Source: Fluviicola sp. (GTDB lineage Bacteria > Bacteroidota > Bacteroidia > Flavobacteriales_D > Crocinitomicaceae). From it: a stretch of 64,000 nucleotides of DNA. The first letter of the stretch is position 1. Each line of letters opens with the position of its first letter. The stretch is taken from positions 4,310 through 68,309 of the forward strand of contig NVXP01000013.1 of the NCBI GenBank assembly GCA_002733985.1. The letters are read 5' to 3'. A model generated the notes under the pieces. It ran no database searches. It was not told the DNA's origin and saw nothing but the letters and a program-made list of their open reading frames with translations. The position numbers and the translations under genes were made by a program. Shown here one piece after another: positions 8,709 to 19,745 of this stretch.

Positions 8709-9710
8709 ATGAGCAAAGAAATATCTTTAGTAACAGGAGCAAACGGGCATCTTGGAAACAATTTAGTCAGATTATTACTCTCTGAGAACAAAACAGTAAG
8801 AGCTTCAATCAGAAATATTAAAAATCAACAAGCCTTCGATGGTTTGGATTGCGAAGTTGTACAAGCAGATATTACAGATCGTGAATCACTAAGGAAAGCA
8901 TTCAAGAATGTAACGAACTTATATGCCGTAGGTGCCAATTTTAGCATGTGGGCGAAAAACCCAAAAGTAGAAATCTACGATAACAATGTACAAGGAACAC
9001 AAAACGTATTTGATATCGCTCATGAATGTGGAGTTAAAAGCATTGTTTATGTGAGTTCTGTCGCATCATTAGATTTCACAAAACTCCCAGCAAATGTAGA
9101 TAATGGCTATAACAAGGATAGAAGAAATTGGTATTACAATTCCAAGAATGATTCAGATAAACTCGCTTTAAAATTAGGTAAGGAATATGGAATTAGAACT
9201 GTTTTAGTTTTGCCTTCTGCAATGATCGGTCGAGAAGCACACAAACTAAGCTATTCTAACAATTTGGTGCTGCAAATTTTGAAAGGCCAAATTCCTGTTG
9301 ACACCAACGTGACCTTAAACTGGATAGATGTGAATGATGTAGCGATGGGTTCATACAACGCGATGCAAAAAGGCAACAATGGAGAGCGCTATATCTTAGC
9401 AAATGAAAAACACACGACTTTACAAAAAAGCGTGGAAATTGCCTCTAAATTGTTTCCTGAGTTGAAAATAAAAACACCGAAAAAGGCACCCAAATTCGTA
9501 TTGTATTTGGCGGCAGGATTAATGGAACTTGGTAGTAAAATAACCGGGAAAGAGCCTCTGTTACAACGTCATTATTTAGATATGTTTTACGGATTAAAAC
9601 AGGATTACGATATTAATAAGTCAAAAAAAGAATTAGGATTTAACCCTAAATCTTCTCAACAAGCACTCATTGATGCGTTGGAATACCTGAAAAATGATTG
9701 GGGGAAATGA
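8709..9710 (+). CDS. NAD(P)-dependent epimerase/dehydratase-family (extended SDR) oxidoreductase
   Basis: Rossmann motif LVTGANGHLGNNLV and YxxxK (YYNSK). ATG at 8709; the ORF-track start at 8685 is TTG. Confidence 0.8.
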   Translation: MSKEISLVTGANGHLGNNLVRLLLSENKTVRASIRNIKNQQAFDGLDCEVVQADITDRESLRKAFKNVTNLYAVGANFSMWAKNPKVEIYDNNVQGTQNVFDIAHECGVKSIVYVSSVASLDFTKLPANVDNGYNKDRRNWYYNSKNDSDKLALKLGKEYGIRTVLVLPSAMIGREAHKLSYSNNLVLQILKGQIPVDTNVTLNWIDVNDVAMGSYNAMQKGNNGERYILANEKHTTLQKSVEIASKLFPELKIKTPKKAPKFVLYLAAGLMELGSKITGKEPLLQRHYLDMFYGLKQDYDINKSKKELGFNPKSSQQALIDALEYLKNDWGK

Positions 9711-9888
9711 ATCACCTCGAAATCTAAAAACCTTTAATTACCATCAACTTACACCATGTTTTCAATAAACTTAACATAAAGCAGCACTTTAACGTAGAGT
9801 AAACATCTATATTTAGCTTCACATTAACCGAAACTACGGCATTATTCTTTCAACCAAACCACTTATTAGCCGTCAGAATATTTAGAAC

Positions 9889-10347
9889 ATGAAAAAAAAC
9901 ATCTTTATTAGAACATCATTGGTTGCAGTACTTTTAGTTAGTTCTCTCGCTTGTAAAAAAGATGACACATCCACCGAGGAAAACAACGGAACAACCTGGA
10001 CAATAACTGTGGGAGCCTTCAGTCTCAGCAATGGTGTATATTCTCCGCTTGGAAATGAATTGATTTTTGACTCGGCAGAAGAATGTCAAACTTGGAGTAG
10101 AACTGCTCAGGGAGATGCTCATGACGCCAACGAGCACTTACATTACAATGCCGCTGCAGATGTTTCTTACGACAACGGCACAACAACTTTCTCTTGGACT
10201 GAATATGGTCCTGAAATTGATCAAGCTTCAATAGAGGCAACATGTTCGAATGGAAATAATGGAGCTAGTAAAACAGTCAATGACACAGATTATTACCAGG
10301 ACAAGCCCAATGTCTACTTAAAAATAACAAGTGTAGTCGAAAACTAG
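9889..10347 (+). CDS. Hypothetical lipoprotein
   Basis: Signal peptide with lipobox LVSSLAC followed by KKDD. No recognisable domain. Confidence 0.6.
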   Translation: MKKNIFIRTSLVAVLLVSSLACKKDDTSTEENNGTTWTITVGAFSLSNGVYSPLGNELIFDSAEECQTWSRTAQGDAHDANEHLHYNAAADVSYDNGTTTFSWTEYGPEIDQASIEATCSNGNNGASKTVNDTDYYQDKPNVYLKITSVVEN

Positions 10348-10540
10348 ATTAACCATTCTAAAACGAATATTCGGTGCCCCAATTTCCACCAAAACAGAAT
10401 TTGCTTTTCATCTATTCCAAAGTAATGCTTTGAGAATTTTCTTGGGCGAACATGCGTCGTTGAAGGAATAATACCCTCTAACTGGTATTGTGCCGTTTAA
10501 ATGAAATAGAGAGATTTGTTTTAAACGCATTGACAAAAAA

Positions 10541-11212
10541 ATGGCAAACAAAATCGAGATGAATTTAAGCACAAAAGAGTTGGAAGAAATCGAAAAACAG
10601 CTCCGTTGTCCTACTGGGGAGAACGGTGTTGAAATTGCCAATAACATGAATGTATCCAATCTTTCAATGACCTTGGCATCGATTGAATTGTTAAAACTAA
10701 AACGCAATGAGCGCATCCTTGAAATTGGTCACGGGAATTGCGGTCACCTAAAATTCATTCTCGAGGAAGCACCCGAACTCAGCTATGTTGGCCTGGAAAT
10801 ATCTGAAACGATGCAAAAAGAAGCTAAAAGAATAAACGCTAACCACCGCGCAGATTTTTTGCTCTATGATGGACATACTATTCCTTTTGATGAAAATTCA
10901 TTCAACAAAGTTATTTCCGTGAACACCCTTTATTTCTGGAATGATGCCATTGGTTTCCTCAAGGAAATTGAGCGGGTTCTCCAAGTAGACGGAGTCTTCA
11001 TTTTAACTTTTGCCTTAAAAAGTTTCATGCAAAAATTGCCTTTTGTGAAATCGGAATTCAACTTATATAACGAACCTGAATTAAGAGAGTTAATCTCATC
11101 TTCTAATTTAGAAATTGATACGATTACTCATAAAAAGGAACGGGCTCAGAGTAAATCAGGAGAGATTGTCAATCGAGAATTTCTTATCGCTAGGATAATA
11201 AAGAGAGCTTAA
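10541..11212 (+). CDS. Class I SAM-dependent methyltransferase
   Basis: Motif I ILEIGHGNCGH and post-I/II pattern (VGLEIS, FNKVISVNTLYFW). Confidence 0.8.
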   Translation: MANKIEMNLSTKELEEIEKQLRCPTGENGVEIANNMNVSNLSMTLASIELLKLKRNERILEIGHGNCGHLKFILEEAPELSYVGLEISETMQKEAKRINANHRADFLLYDGHTIPFDENSFNKVISVNTLYFWNDAIGFLKEIERVLQVDGVFILTFALKSFMQKLPFVKSEFNLYNEPELRELISSSNLEIDTITHKKERAQSKSGEIVNREFLIARIIKRA

Positions 11213-11237
11213 TTTAAACTCACTGACCTGATTCCAT

Positions 11238-12173
11238 TTAGAGGCTAGTTATTGTCTGATATAGATTAACCGAATCTCGCTTTAACTGACGCTCCATAAT
11301 AGTTGGCAAATATTCCTCCGTAACAGATGTTAGAGCTTCTGGTGTAATCTCCAAGGCCTTCATATCTTCTGCTAACAATAACCATGGTTTCTTCTGGCCA
11401 TAAGGATACTCCCCAAAAATTACAACTGGGGTTCCATGCACGGCAACTTTAGAGTTTTCGATAATCCACTGATCCGCCCAATGGTACAACCAGTTTGCAT
11501 CATCTCTATATAAGCGGATGCAGCCATGTGATGCGGGAAAACCAGGCAAGGCATATTGATGCATCCCAATACCTTCAAAGTTGGCTAAGTTAAAATACCA
11601 CTCCAATATCCACGAAGAGTTGATAGTAGAGTGAGTCTTTTTGGATTTCCAATTCGTGGCAAATAGACCTGTCGGTGTAGGTTTATATTTCCTTCCTAAA
11701 CTAACAGGTCCCCATTTGATTCGTTCACCATTTTCATACACAGCAAAGGCTTGAGCATAGTGCGATACAAAGAGGATTTTGTGTACATCTTGGAGATCAT
11801 CTACAAATTTTGGAAAGGGAGCGTACAAGTCAATATCAGTACCAATCGTATCGGGAAAAACAAGTGTGTCGAGGTGCTTTAACCTCCATCCGTCAACACG
11901 ATTAAGTACCATTAAAGCTGTTAGAGTGTCACCTGTCTTCAGCGATCCCAGCCATTCCACTGTGTCTTTGGACGCAAGCAAATGATAGTTTACTGGCCGT
12001 TCCACCGGGGGACTAACAATCTCCTTAGTCTCAACTTCCTGCTGAACAATAGGTATTTTCTCCGTACGAGAAGTGGTACATTGAAAGAAGGAAAAGAGGC
12101 TACACCCAATCAAAAATTGATAGGTGAACTTCCGTAAATTTTGTGTTTTCTTGTATTTCATTCCTTGATCCAT
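11238..12173 (-). CDS. L,D-transpeptidase (YkuD) family lipoprotein
   Basis: Catalytic signature GMHQYALPGFPASHGCIRLY. N-terminal lipobox-like FSFFQC. Confidence 0.8.
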   Translation of the reverse strand: MDQGMKYKKTQNLRKFTYQFLIGCSLFSFFQCTTSRTEKIPIVQQEVETKEIVSPPVERPVNYHLLASKDTVEWLGSLKTGDTLTALMVLNRVDGWRLKHLDTLVFPDTIGTDIDLYAPFPKFVDDLQDVHKILFVSHYAQAFAVYENGERIKWGPVSLGRKYKPTPTGLFATNWKSKKTHSTINSSWILEWYFNLANFEGIGMHQYALPGFPASHGCIRLYRDDANWLYHWADQWIIENSKVAVHGTPVVIFGEYPYGQKKPWLLLAEDMKALEITPEALTSVTEEYLPTIMERQLKRDSVNLYQTITSL

Positions 12174-12260
12174 TAGCGCATAGTAGTGTAAGACAAATGT
12201 AAGTTTCTCTCTGCAAAAAGTGCGCCAATTCTACAATGAATTCTATTCGTTTCCTTCGAT

Positions 12261-15200
12261 TTATATCATCTCCATTAAATCTTCCTTACTAAGCTGCTTT
12301 AGAATCGTTGTGTCCGTATGAATTAAATCTTGAGACAGCTGCTTCTTTTTCGATTGCAATTCAATGATTTTTTCTTCAATCGTGTTTGGTGTAATTAAGC
12401 GCACTGCAACAACTTTATTCTCTTGTCCAATTCTGTGTGCTCGATCAATGGCTTGATTTTCAACTGCAGGATTCCACCATGGATCAATCAGGAATACATA
12501 TTCGGCTTTGGTTAGGTTTAATCCTGTTCCTCCAGCTTTTAAACTAATTAAGAAAACACGAATGTTATCATCGTTTTGAAAGCTATTTACTGCCGCTTCC
12601 CTGTCTTTGGTCTTTCCAGTTAAATAAGCATACTTGATTTTTTCCTTTTCCAATGCTTCTTTCACCAAGTCCAACATACCCACGAATTGCGAGAACACCA
12701 ATATTTTGTGATTGTCCTTTAGCGTAGTAATTTGCTCCATGAGCACAGTCAACTTGGCCGATTCATTGCCGTAATATTCTTCATCAGAAAGCAGCGCAGG
12801 TGAGTTGCAAATTTGACGCAATTTTGTCAAACCTTGCAGAACATGCAAACTATTTCGATTCAGGGATTCCGTTTCTTGCTTGTTCAGGTAAAGTTGAAAT
12901 TCCTTTTTGTATGCGTTGTAAACACGTTGCTGTTCTGTACCCATTTCACAATGCAGCACAAGCTCAATTTTTTCTGGTAATTCCTTTGCTACCTGTGATT
13001 TCGTTCTTCGTAAGACGAAAGGATGAATTTTTTGCTGCAATTCAATCGCTCGTTTTGTTTCCTGAAACTTATCAATGGGTGTGCTGTATTCATCCTTAAA
13101 TCGTTTGGCCGACCCAAATAAACCAGGCATTGCAAACGACAATTGTGCATATAAATCGAAGGTGTTATTTTCGATTGGTGTCCCTGTCATTACGAATCGC
13201 TGTCTCCCTTCCAATAAGCGCGCTGCTTTGTATCTTTTGGAATTCGGATTTTTAATCGCTTGGGATTCATCCAAAATGATGCAGTTGAAGTAATATGTTC
13301 TCAGGTGTTCAATGTCTGACAACATTGTTCCATAGCTGGTCAGCACGATATCGTATTTTGAAAAATCAATGTCCTTGGTGCCCCTGTTGGAACCATAAAC
13401 CACACATCGTTTTAAATGCGGCGCAAACTTATCTAATTCAACTTGCCAGTTGAACAACAAGGAGGTCGGGACGATAACAAGGTTTGCATCCGTTTTACCC
13501 TTCTCTTGCTGCTGCAATAAGTACGCAATCATTTGGATTGTCTTTCCTAACCCCATGTCATCGGCAAGGCAACCACCAAATCCAAATTCATCCAAAAAGT
13601 TCAACCAATTCAATCCTTCTTTCTGGTAATCACGTAAGGTTGCGTTTAACTTTTTTGGGATTTCTGTTGAGCGAATTGATTGAAAGTCTGACAATTTTTC
13701 TCGGAAAACTTCCAGTTTAAAGGATGCTTCTTGCGATAATACTTCTTGTTCGAAAAGCTCATCTATCAATTTAAAGTTGGTATGATGGGTTTTAATAAAG
13801 TCATCTTTAATTGTTCCCGAACGAAAATACGTTCCGAACTTATCCACCCATTCCGCTGGCATTACCCCGAGTGTTCCATCGCCCAATTTTATGTAGCGCG
13901 TTTTATTCAATACTGCTTTTTGAATTTCCTTCAACCCAACTTTTTGGTCTCCAACAGTTACGTTTGCATGTATTTCAAACCAGTCGATTCCTGAACTCAC
14001 AGATGTTTGTATAGACATTTTGTGCGAATTCATGCGATTATCTCGGATTTGATTAAATCCTAAAATTGTAAATCCGCTTTGTCTCCAATTTTCAAATGCA
14101 TCTAGGAACCAACCACTTTCTAAAAATTCTTGTTTGTGTAAATAGTAAAAGTCTGTCTCATTTTGATCAGCAAAAGAAGCATGTTGTTCTTCAATTGCGC
14201 GAATAAATCGATGTTCATCAGCTTCCTTTCGTTCGATTGAGTACATTCCACCAGCTGGATTCTCCACAAAAAGAGTTCGCTTAGACAAGGCTGCAACTTC
14301 AGTTTCACCATATGACACTACTGGTGTAATGAGAATATAGTCGTCTGATTCACTCAAATAAATCATGTATTCCGTAATCGTGTCCAAGGCTTCCTTTTTT
14401 ACTATCCGAGCTGGTGCACGTTTTACGTATTTATACTTCACCGAGATAGATTGCTCGAGCTTGTTTAAAAATTCCTCTTGGAAGTGGGCAAATTGCGAAG
14501 TATGAATAAACAATTCATGCTTATTCTCCGAAAAGAAATTTAATACCCGAATAATCGCAGCATTATCAATGAAGTTCAATGTTTTACCTTCCCAATAGAA
14601 AAAGGACCCAACAAGTTTTATGCGTTTACTTTCTAATTCAGAATTATCCACTTTTACGGAACAGCTCAGTACATAATAATCATTTTGCTGTTTGACGTAT
14701 ATACAAGCACTGCTCTCTACGGTCTGGATTTCTATTTGTTCCAGTGATTTTGGAGAGATCTTAGTAGAGTAATGTTTATCATGTTGATGATGATAAAACG
14801 GAACCTTCAGTGGGTTTTTTATTAAAACACTGATTTGTTGCAATTTATCGCTTAATTCTTGTTCACTGTCGTTTGTTTCTTGTTGCAGCAGTGCCAAGTA
14901 GAAAGGTAAAATTTCCAGATTCAATGATCCGTTCATTTCTTCCAGTATTTTCACCGCTTTAACTGGCGATTTGATTTCACCCCCCTTTGTCAAAGGAGCT
15001 TGCATCAATTTAATATCTAGCTGGAAAGAATACTGGTTTTCAGAAACAACAATAAGCTGTTCAAATTTCAGATCATTCGTTTTTTTTGGGAACTTAAATT
15101 CAGGTACTAATTCCTTTTTTAAAGCTTGTAAAGATGTTGCATTCAGGTTTAGAATATTGATTTTTGGTCGAATATGCATCCTACTTTGATCCATTTTAAT

Positions 15201-15938
15201 GGAAAAAATGTCATCCAAGTTATCTGGGGTTTTCATCCCTATATCCTCGGCACTTTTAAGCAAGTAAGTACTACGGAATTCCTGATCGAAGGACAACTGA
15301 AGATCTCTCACCTCTAGTATTTCCACTAACAAAAAGCTTAGGTGAGAACATAATTTCTCGCTCTTATTTGAACACGAACATTCAAGAAAAATGTGACCGT
15401 TCTTCTGTAGAACAATAAAATAAGTGGTATCACCATTTGGATTATAGATACTTCCAGAAAAATTATCTGGCAGAAATTCTCCACTTAAAACTCGCATCCT
15501 GTCCCAACCGTCATATCTTTTTTTAGCGGGCATTGACATTCGTTCAATCTCTGCATCATCCAGCTCCAAAATAGGTTGATTCTCGATAATTAACTTGTTG
15601 TCAATTCGACTTAGATTGATGTCGTTCGAACTGTTTCCAGTCTCAACTTCTTCAAAAGGAGTCGTTGCAAATCGTTTATCTGCGCGAACCAAGACATTCA
15701 CAATGTGTTTGCACGCCCCACCACTTTTGTAAGGGCAAGAACAAGCTGCTGTGGTGACCTGCACAAAATTAAACTCGATAAACACTTTGTACTTTATGGA
15801 GCCTTGAATCTCTGCGCTGATTGAGTCTCCTCCCATCTTGAAATTCAAGATTCTGGAATCCGAAAAACGGTCGCGCGTTCTCTCACTTGTGTTGTTCGTA
15901 ATAAAATCTTGAAAGGACTTAAATGCTAATGGAATCAT
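12261..15938 (-). CDS. SNF2-family helicase with two N-terminal SWIM-type zinc fingers
   Basis: SWIM-like CSCPYKSGGACKHIVNVL and CSCSNKSEKLCSHLSFLL. Helicase motifs LADDMGLGKT (I), ILDESQAIKN (II), SLKAGGTGLNLT (V), DPWWNPAVENQAIDRAHRIGQ (VI). Confidence 0.9.
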   Translation of the reverse strand: MIPLAFKSFQDFITNNTSERTRDRFSDSRILNFKMGGDSISAEIQGSIKYKVFIEFNFVQVTTAACSCPYKSGGACKHIVNVLVRADKRFATTPFEEVETGNSSNDINLSRIDNKLIIENQPILELDDAEIERMSMPAKKRYDGWDRMRVLSGEFLPDNFSGSIYNPNGDTTYFIVLQKNGHIFLECSCSNKSEKLCSHLSFLLVEILEVRDLQLSFDQEFRSTYLLKSAEDIGMKTPDNLDDIFSIKMDQSRMHIRPKINILNLNATSLQALKKELVPEFKFPKKTNDLKFEQLIVVSENQYSFQLDIKLMQAPLTKGGEIKSPVKAVKILEEMNGSLNLEILPFYLALLQQETNDSEQELSDKLQQISVLIKNPLKVPFYHHQHDKHYSTKISPKSLEQIEIQTVESSACIYVKQQNDYYVLSCSVKVDNSELESKRIKLVGSFFYWEGKTLNFIDNAAIIRVLNFFSENKHELFIHTSQFAHFQEEFLNKLEQSISVKYKYVKRAPARIVKKEALDTITEYMIYLSESDDYILITPVVSYGETEVAALSKRTLFVENPAGGMYSIERKEADEHRFIRAIEEQHASFADQNETDFYYLHKQEFLESGWFLDAFENWRQSGFTILGFNQIRDNRMNSHKMSIQTSVSSGIDWFEIHANVTVGDQKVGLKEIQKAVLNKTRYIKLGDGTLGVMPAEWVDKFGTYFRSGTIKDDFIKTHHTNFKLIDELFEQEVLSQEASFKLEVFREKLSDFQSIRSTEIPKKLNATLRDYQKEGLNWLNFLDEFGFGGCLADDMGLGKTIQMIAYLLQQQEKGKTDANLVIVPTSLLFNWQVELDKFAPHLKRCVVYGSNRGTKDIDFSKYDIVLTSYGTMLSDIEHLRTYYFNCIILDESQAIKNPNSKRYKAARLLEGRQRFVMTGTPIENNTFDLYAQLSFAMPGLFGSAKRFKDEYSTPIDKFQETKRAIELQQKIHPFVLRRTKSQVAKELPEKIELVLHCEMGTEQQRVYNAYKKEFQLYLNKQETESLNRNSLHVLQGLTKLRQICNSPALLSDEEYYGNESAKLTVLMEQITTLKDNHKILVFSQFVGMLDLVKEALEKEKIKYAYLTGKTKDREAAVNSFQNDDNIRVFLISLKAGGTGLNLTKAEYVFLIDPWWNPAVENQAIDRAHRIGQENKVVAVRLITPNTIEEKIIELQSKKKQLSQDLIHTDTTILKQLSKEDLMEMI

Positions 15939-16090
15939 TAAAATTGTGTTCGAATTTCGATTAATTCGAAGGTAAGGATATCTTATTAGCTTGAATTGGT
16001 AAATGCCGTAAAAAGCTCAAAAGTAGGTTGAATTGGTGTGATATATGAAGGAACTTTCTCTATTGTCGAAATCGGTGAAGTATCGACAAA

Positions 16091-16142
16091 AAAATCCCCA
16101 ATCTCGATCCCGATAGTTATCGGAGTCGGGATTGGGGATTTT
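16091..16142. repeat. Long nested palindrome (REP-like hairpin)
   Basis: Perfect 13-nt outer arms AAAATCCCCAATC / GATTGGGGATTTT enclose a CCGATAgtTATCGG core. Confidence 0.75.
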
Positions 16143-16162
16143 AGTTAATTTATTAAAGTCCT

Positions 16163-16190
16163 GATGCCCCCGATAGCTATCGGGTCATCG
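16163..16190. repeat. Copy of the dispersed palindromic element; also a candidate accC terminator hairpin
   Basis: GATGCCCCCGATAG|CTATCGGGTCATC, preceded by AAGTCCT. It ends 7 nt from the accC stop. Confidence 0.7.
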
Positions 16191-16196
16191 GCTTGA

Positions 16197-17531
16197 TTAA
16201 AATTCGAATGTATCCATAAATGCAGTGGTGAAATCACCTTCGTTGAATTTCGGATCTTCCATCAATTTTTGATGAAAAGGAATCGTTGTTTTCACTCCTT
16301 CGATGATATACTCACCCAATGCGCGTTTCATTTTTCGAATTGCTTCCTCACGTGTTTGCGCGACAACAATCAATTTTGAAATCATTGAATCATAAAACGG
16401 TGGGATACTATATCCTGAATATACATGCGTATCAATTCGAATTCCGTGTCCACCTGGAGCATGGTAACTCGTAATTGTTCCTGGAGATGGTCTGAAATCA
16501 GCCCATGGATCCTCTGCATTGATTCGACACTGGATAGAGTGCATCGTCGGGTAATGATTTTCACCTGACATTTTTTCACCAGCTGCCAATTTGATTTGTT
16601 CTTTGATCAAATCGTAGTTGATTACTTCTTCCGTAATTGTATGCTCAACTTGAATACGCGTATTCATTTCCATGAAGTAAAAATCGCGGTGTTTATCCAC
16701 CAAGAATTCTACTGTTCCAACGCCTTCGTAATTAACAGCTTTTGTTGCTTTAATCGCAGCAATTCCCATTTTCTCACGTAGATCATCTGTCATAAACGGA
16801 GAAGGCGTCTCCTCAACCAATTTTTGGTGACGACGTTGAATTGAACAATCTCTTTCTGAAAGGTGACACGCATTTCCGTATTGGTCACCTGCAATTTGAA
16901 TCTCAATGTGGCGAGGATCTTCAATGAATTTCTCCATGTAAAGTGCATCATTTCCAAATGCTGCAGCTGATTCAGCTCGAGTTCCGTCCCAAGCAGCTTC
17001 CATTTCCTCTTCTTTCCAAACAACGCGCATTCCTTTTCCACCACCACCGGCAGTAGCTTTCAAAATAACTGGGTATTTGACCTTCTTAGCTGTTTTGATA
17101 GCATCAGCAAGATCTTTCAACAATCCTTTTGATCCAGGAATACAAGGTACTCCAGCGGCAATCATTGTTGTTTTAGCATTCGCTTTATCTCCCATCCCTG
17201 CAATTTGCTCAGGAGTTGCACCAATAAACTTGATGTTGTGCTCTTGACAAACGCGTGAGAATTTCTCATTCTCAGAAAGGAATCCGTATCCAGGGTGAAT
17301 TGCATCTGCATTTGTAATCTCTGCAGCTGCAATAATACTTGGAATTGACAGGTAAGAGTCGGCACTTTTTGGTGGTCCGATACATACCGCTTCATCTGCG
17401 AAACGTACTGGAAGGCTATCTTTATCTGCTGTCGAATAAACGGCAACTGTTTTGATACCCATTTCCTTACACGTGCGAATTACACGTAGTGCAATTTCGC
17501 CTCTGTTCGCGATTAAAATCTTTTTGAACAT
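16197..17531 (-). CDS. accC: Acetyl-CoA carboxylase biotin carboxylase subunit
   Basis: [21 protein letters not shown]-terminus and ATP-grasp motifs ([10 protein letters not shown]). The ORF may instead start at 17537. Confidence 0.95.
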   Translation of the reverse strand: MFKKILIANRGEIALRVIRTCKEMGIKTVAVYSTADKDSLPVRFADEAVCIGPPKSADSYLSIPSIIAAAEITNADAIHPGYGFLSENEKFSRVCQEHNIKFIGATPEQIAGMGDKANAKTTMIAAGVPCIPGSKGLLKDLADAIKTAKKVKYPVILKATAGGGGKGMRVVWKEEEMEAAWDGTRAESAAAFGNDALYMEKFIEDPRHIEIQIAGDQYGNACHLSERDCSIQRRHQKLVEETPSPFMTDDLREKMGIAAIKATKAVNYEGVGTVEFLVDKHRDFYFMEMNTRIQVEHTITEEVINYDLIKEQIKLAAGEKMSGENHYPTMHSIQCRINAEDPWADFRPSPGTITSYHAPGGHGIRIDTHVYSGYSIPPFYDSMISKLIVVAQTREEAIRKMKRALGEYIIEGVKTTIPFHQKLMEDPKFNEGDFTTAFMDTFEF

Positions 17532-17572
17532 GGTCATAGTGTTCTACTTATATAATTAGAGGTCTAGTCAGA

Positions 17573-17601
17573 ATAAGCCGATGCAATAGCATCAAGACCT
17601 T
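17573..17601 (+). repeat. Short copy of the dispersed palindromic element between accB and accC
   Basis: ATAAGCC-GATGC-aata-GCATC-AAGACCTT. Confidence 0.7.
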
Positions 17602-17634
17602 AAACATGACTTTCAACCGTCAATAAGGTTTAAC

Positions 17635-18111
17635 TTAAGATGGATCTACCAAGAATAGTGGTTGATCGTATTCTACTGGTGTTGAATCATCAACCAGTAC
17701 TTTTACAATTCTCCCAGAAATTTCAGCTTCAATTTCGTTGAATAATTTCATTGCTTCGATGATACAAACAACATCACCTGGCTTGATTGTGTCTCCAACA
17801 GAAACAAATTGGTCTTTGTCTGGACCAGCAGAACGGTAGAATGTACCGATCATTGGAGAAAGAACTGTAACGTATTTTGATTCTTCATCCACTGGAGCTG
17901 CTACTGGTGCTACTGGAGCTGCCGCAGGAACAGGTGCTGCAATCGCTTGTGGCATTGCTTGAACTGGAGCTTGAACAAGAATTTGCTGAGCTTCCGATTT
18001 TTTCTCCTCTGATTTGATCGTAATTTTGAAATCTTTTTGTTCGATCTCAACTTCAGTAACATTTTGTCGTGAAACAAATTTGATTAGATCTTGTATCTCT
18101 TTGATATTCAT
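17635..18111 (-). CDS. accB: Acetyl-CoA carboxylase biotin carboxyl carrier protein
   Basis: Pro/Ala linker and biotinylation motif IEAMKLFNEIE. Confidence 0.93.
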   Translation of the reverse strand: MNIKEIQDLIKFVSRQNVTEVEIEQKDFKITIKSEEKKSEAQQILVQAPVQAMPQAIAAPVPAAAPVAPVAAPVDEESKYVTVLSPMIGTFYRSAGPDKDQFVSVGDTIKPGDVVCIIEAMKLFNEIEAEISGRIVKVLVDDSTPVEYDQPLFLVDPS

Positions 18112-18158
18112 TTTCCTTCAGATTTATTTAGTAAAAATACATTATTTTCAATTCCGTC

Positions 18159-19148
18159 CTAAGAATTATATGCCCATTTTAGGTAAACAGCTCCCCAAGT
18201 GAAACCTCCCCCAAATGCAGACAAAATTAAATTATCTCCTTTTTTCAATTGTTTTTCGTAATCCCACAAGCACAATGGAAGTGTTCCAGCAGTCGTATTT
18301 CCATACTTCTGGATGTTCACCATTACCTTTTCTTTTGGTAATCCCATTCTCTTCGCGGTTGCATCAATGATACGTAAGTTCGCTTGGTGAGGAACTAGCC
18401 AATCAACATCGTCGCTTGTCAAGTTGTTATTTTCCATGATCTCAGCAGAAACATCCGCCATATTCGTCACCGCAAATTTGAATACTTGTTTTCCAACTTG
18501 ATGAACGAAGTGCATTCCTTTTTCAACTGTTTCAATCGAAGCTGGATGAACAGATCCTCCAGCTGGTTGGTAAAGAAACTCTTTCCCATTTCCGTCGGCC
18601 CGAAGAATAAAGTCTTGAATTCCCATTCCCTCATCGTTTGGTTCAAGTAAAGCTGCACCAGCACCATCGCCAAAAATTATGCAAGTCGTACGATCGCTGT
18701 AATCAATAATAGATGACATTTTATCTACACCAATCACCATTACTTTTTTGTATCGTCCAGTTTCAATGAATTGAGCTCCTGTTGAGAGCGCATAAATGAA
18801 TCCTGAGCATGCTGCAATTAAGTCATAACCCCACGCATTTTTCATTCCTGTTGCAGCACAAACAATGTTTGATGTACTTGGAAAGGGATGATCTGGTGTT
18901 ACTGTCGCAACAATTACCAAATCGATGTCTTCTGGATTGTTTCCCGTTTTCTTAAGCAAGCCGTTCACTGCCTCGATACACATATCAGAAGAAGCACCAT
19001 CTTTCATGATTCTTCGTTCTTTTATTCCTGTACGAGAGGTAATCCACTCATCATTCGTATCAACGATTTTCGAGAGGTCTTCATTCGAAAGAACGTGTTC
19101 TGGAACATAACCCTGAATTCCTGTAATTGCAGCTGTAATCTTTCCCAT
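18159..19148 (-). CDS. fabH: Beta-ketoacyl-ACP synthase III
   Basis: Catalytic Cys (AACSGF), His (PHQANLRI) and Asn (GNTTAGTLP) contexts. An alternative start lies at 19154. Confidence 0.93.
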   Translation of the reverse strand: MGKITAAITGIQGYVPEHVLSNEDLSKIVDTNDEWITSRTGIKERRIMKDGASSDMCIEAVNGLLKKTGNNPEDIDLVIVATVTPDHPFPSTSNIVCAATGMKNAWGYDLIAACSGFIYALSTGAQFIETGRYKKVMVIGVDKMSSIIDYSDRTTCIIFGDGAGAALLEPNDEGMGIQDFILRADGNGKEFLYQPAGGSVHPASIETVEKGMHFVHQVGKQVFKFAVTNMADVSAEIMENNNLTSDDVDWLVPHQANLRIIDATAKRMGLPKEKVMVNIQKYGNTTAGTLPLCLWDYEKQLKKGDNLILSAFGGGFTWGAVYLKWAYNS

Positions 19149-19501
19149 AATCAATTGTATGCTTCGTTAATCTTGTGAGCCAGCCTAATTAGCTGATCAC
19201 AAGAATGAATAATCATATTTTTCACAGCAATGTATATTGGAAATTCCATGACCGATAATCGCTTTGGATCGTCATGCACGGCATTGATGTCTGAAGTATA
19301 AATGAAAAGCCCGAAGGATCATTTATACAACAACGAAAGGCCACTCAAGATTTACTCTTGGCCGCCTATTAACGTTATTGTGGTTTCACTTGGTGTTCAT
19401 TCTTAGTCAGGACATTCCCTTTCAGGTTTGCCTCTGAAGCGAAATCACCTCCAAGTACATCAATTCCAATCTTCATACAATGAAGAACTAGTTAGCAACA
19501 A

Positions 19502-19693
19502 TTAAATTGCTACTTCCTTTTCAGCTACAACTTTCCCTTTGTAGTAAAGTTTTCCTTCATACCAGTGAGCATGGTGGAACAAGTGTGGTTGTCCAGTCGT
19601 AGGGCAAGTTGCGATATTCTTCGCTTCCGCTTTTACGTGTGTTCTTCTTTTGTCTCGTCTCGTTCTCGAGATCTTTCGTTTAGGATGTGCCAT
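19502..19693 (-). CDS. rpmF: 50S ribosomal protein L32
   Basis: [20 protein letters not shown]-terminus; 63 aa. Confidence 0.93.
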   Translation of the reverse strand: MAHPKRKISRTRRDKRRTHVKAEAKNIATCPTTGQPHLFHHAHWYEGKLYYKGKVVAEKEVAI

Positions 19694-19745
19694 CTCTATC
19701 TATTTATATTCTTTATTATCTAAATCAATTTGAAACAATTGTTTC

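Noticed and set aside
8045-10716. ORFs 8045-8335(-), 9934-10137(-), 10025-10243(-) and 10408-10716(-)
   Set aside because: They lie antisense to the Crp-family, lipoprotein and methyltransferase genes. Their sequences are Ser/Phe/Ile-rich and typical of non-coding frames.
12261-15938. SNF2 helicase as part of a phage-defence island (DISARM/BREX-like)
   Set aside because: There is no adjacent methyltransferase, PLD, DUF1998 or protease partner. The neighbours are an L,D-transpeptidase and accC, so it is more likely a stand-alone conserved helicase.
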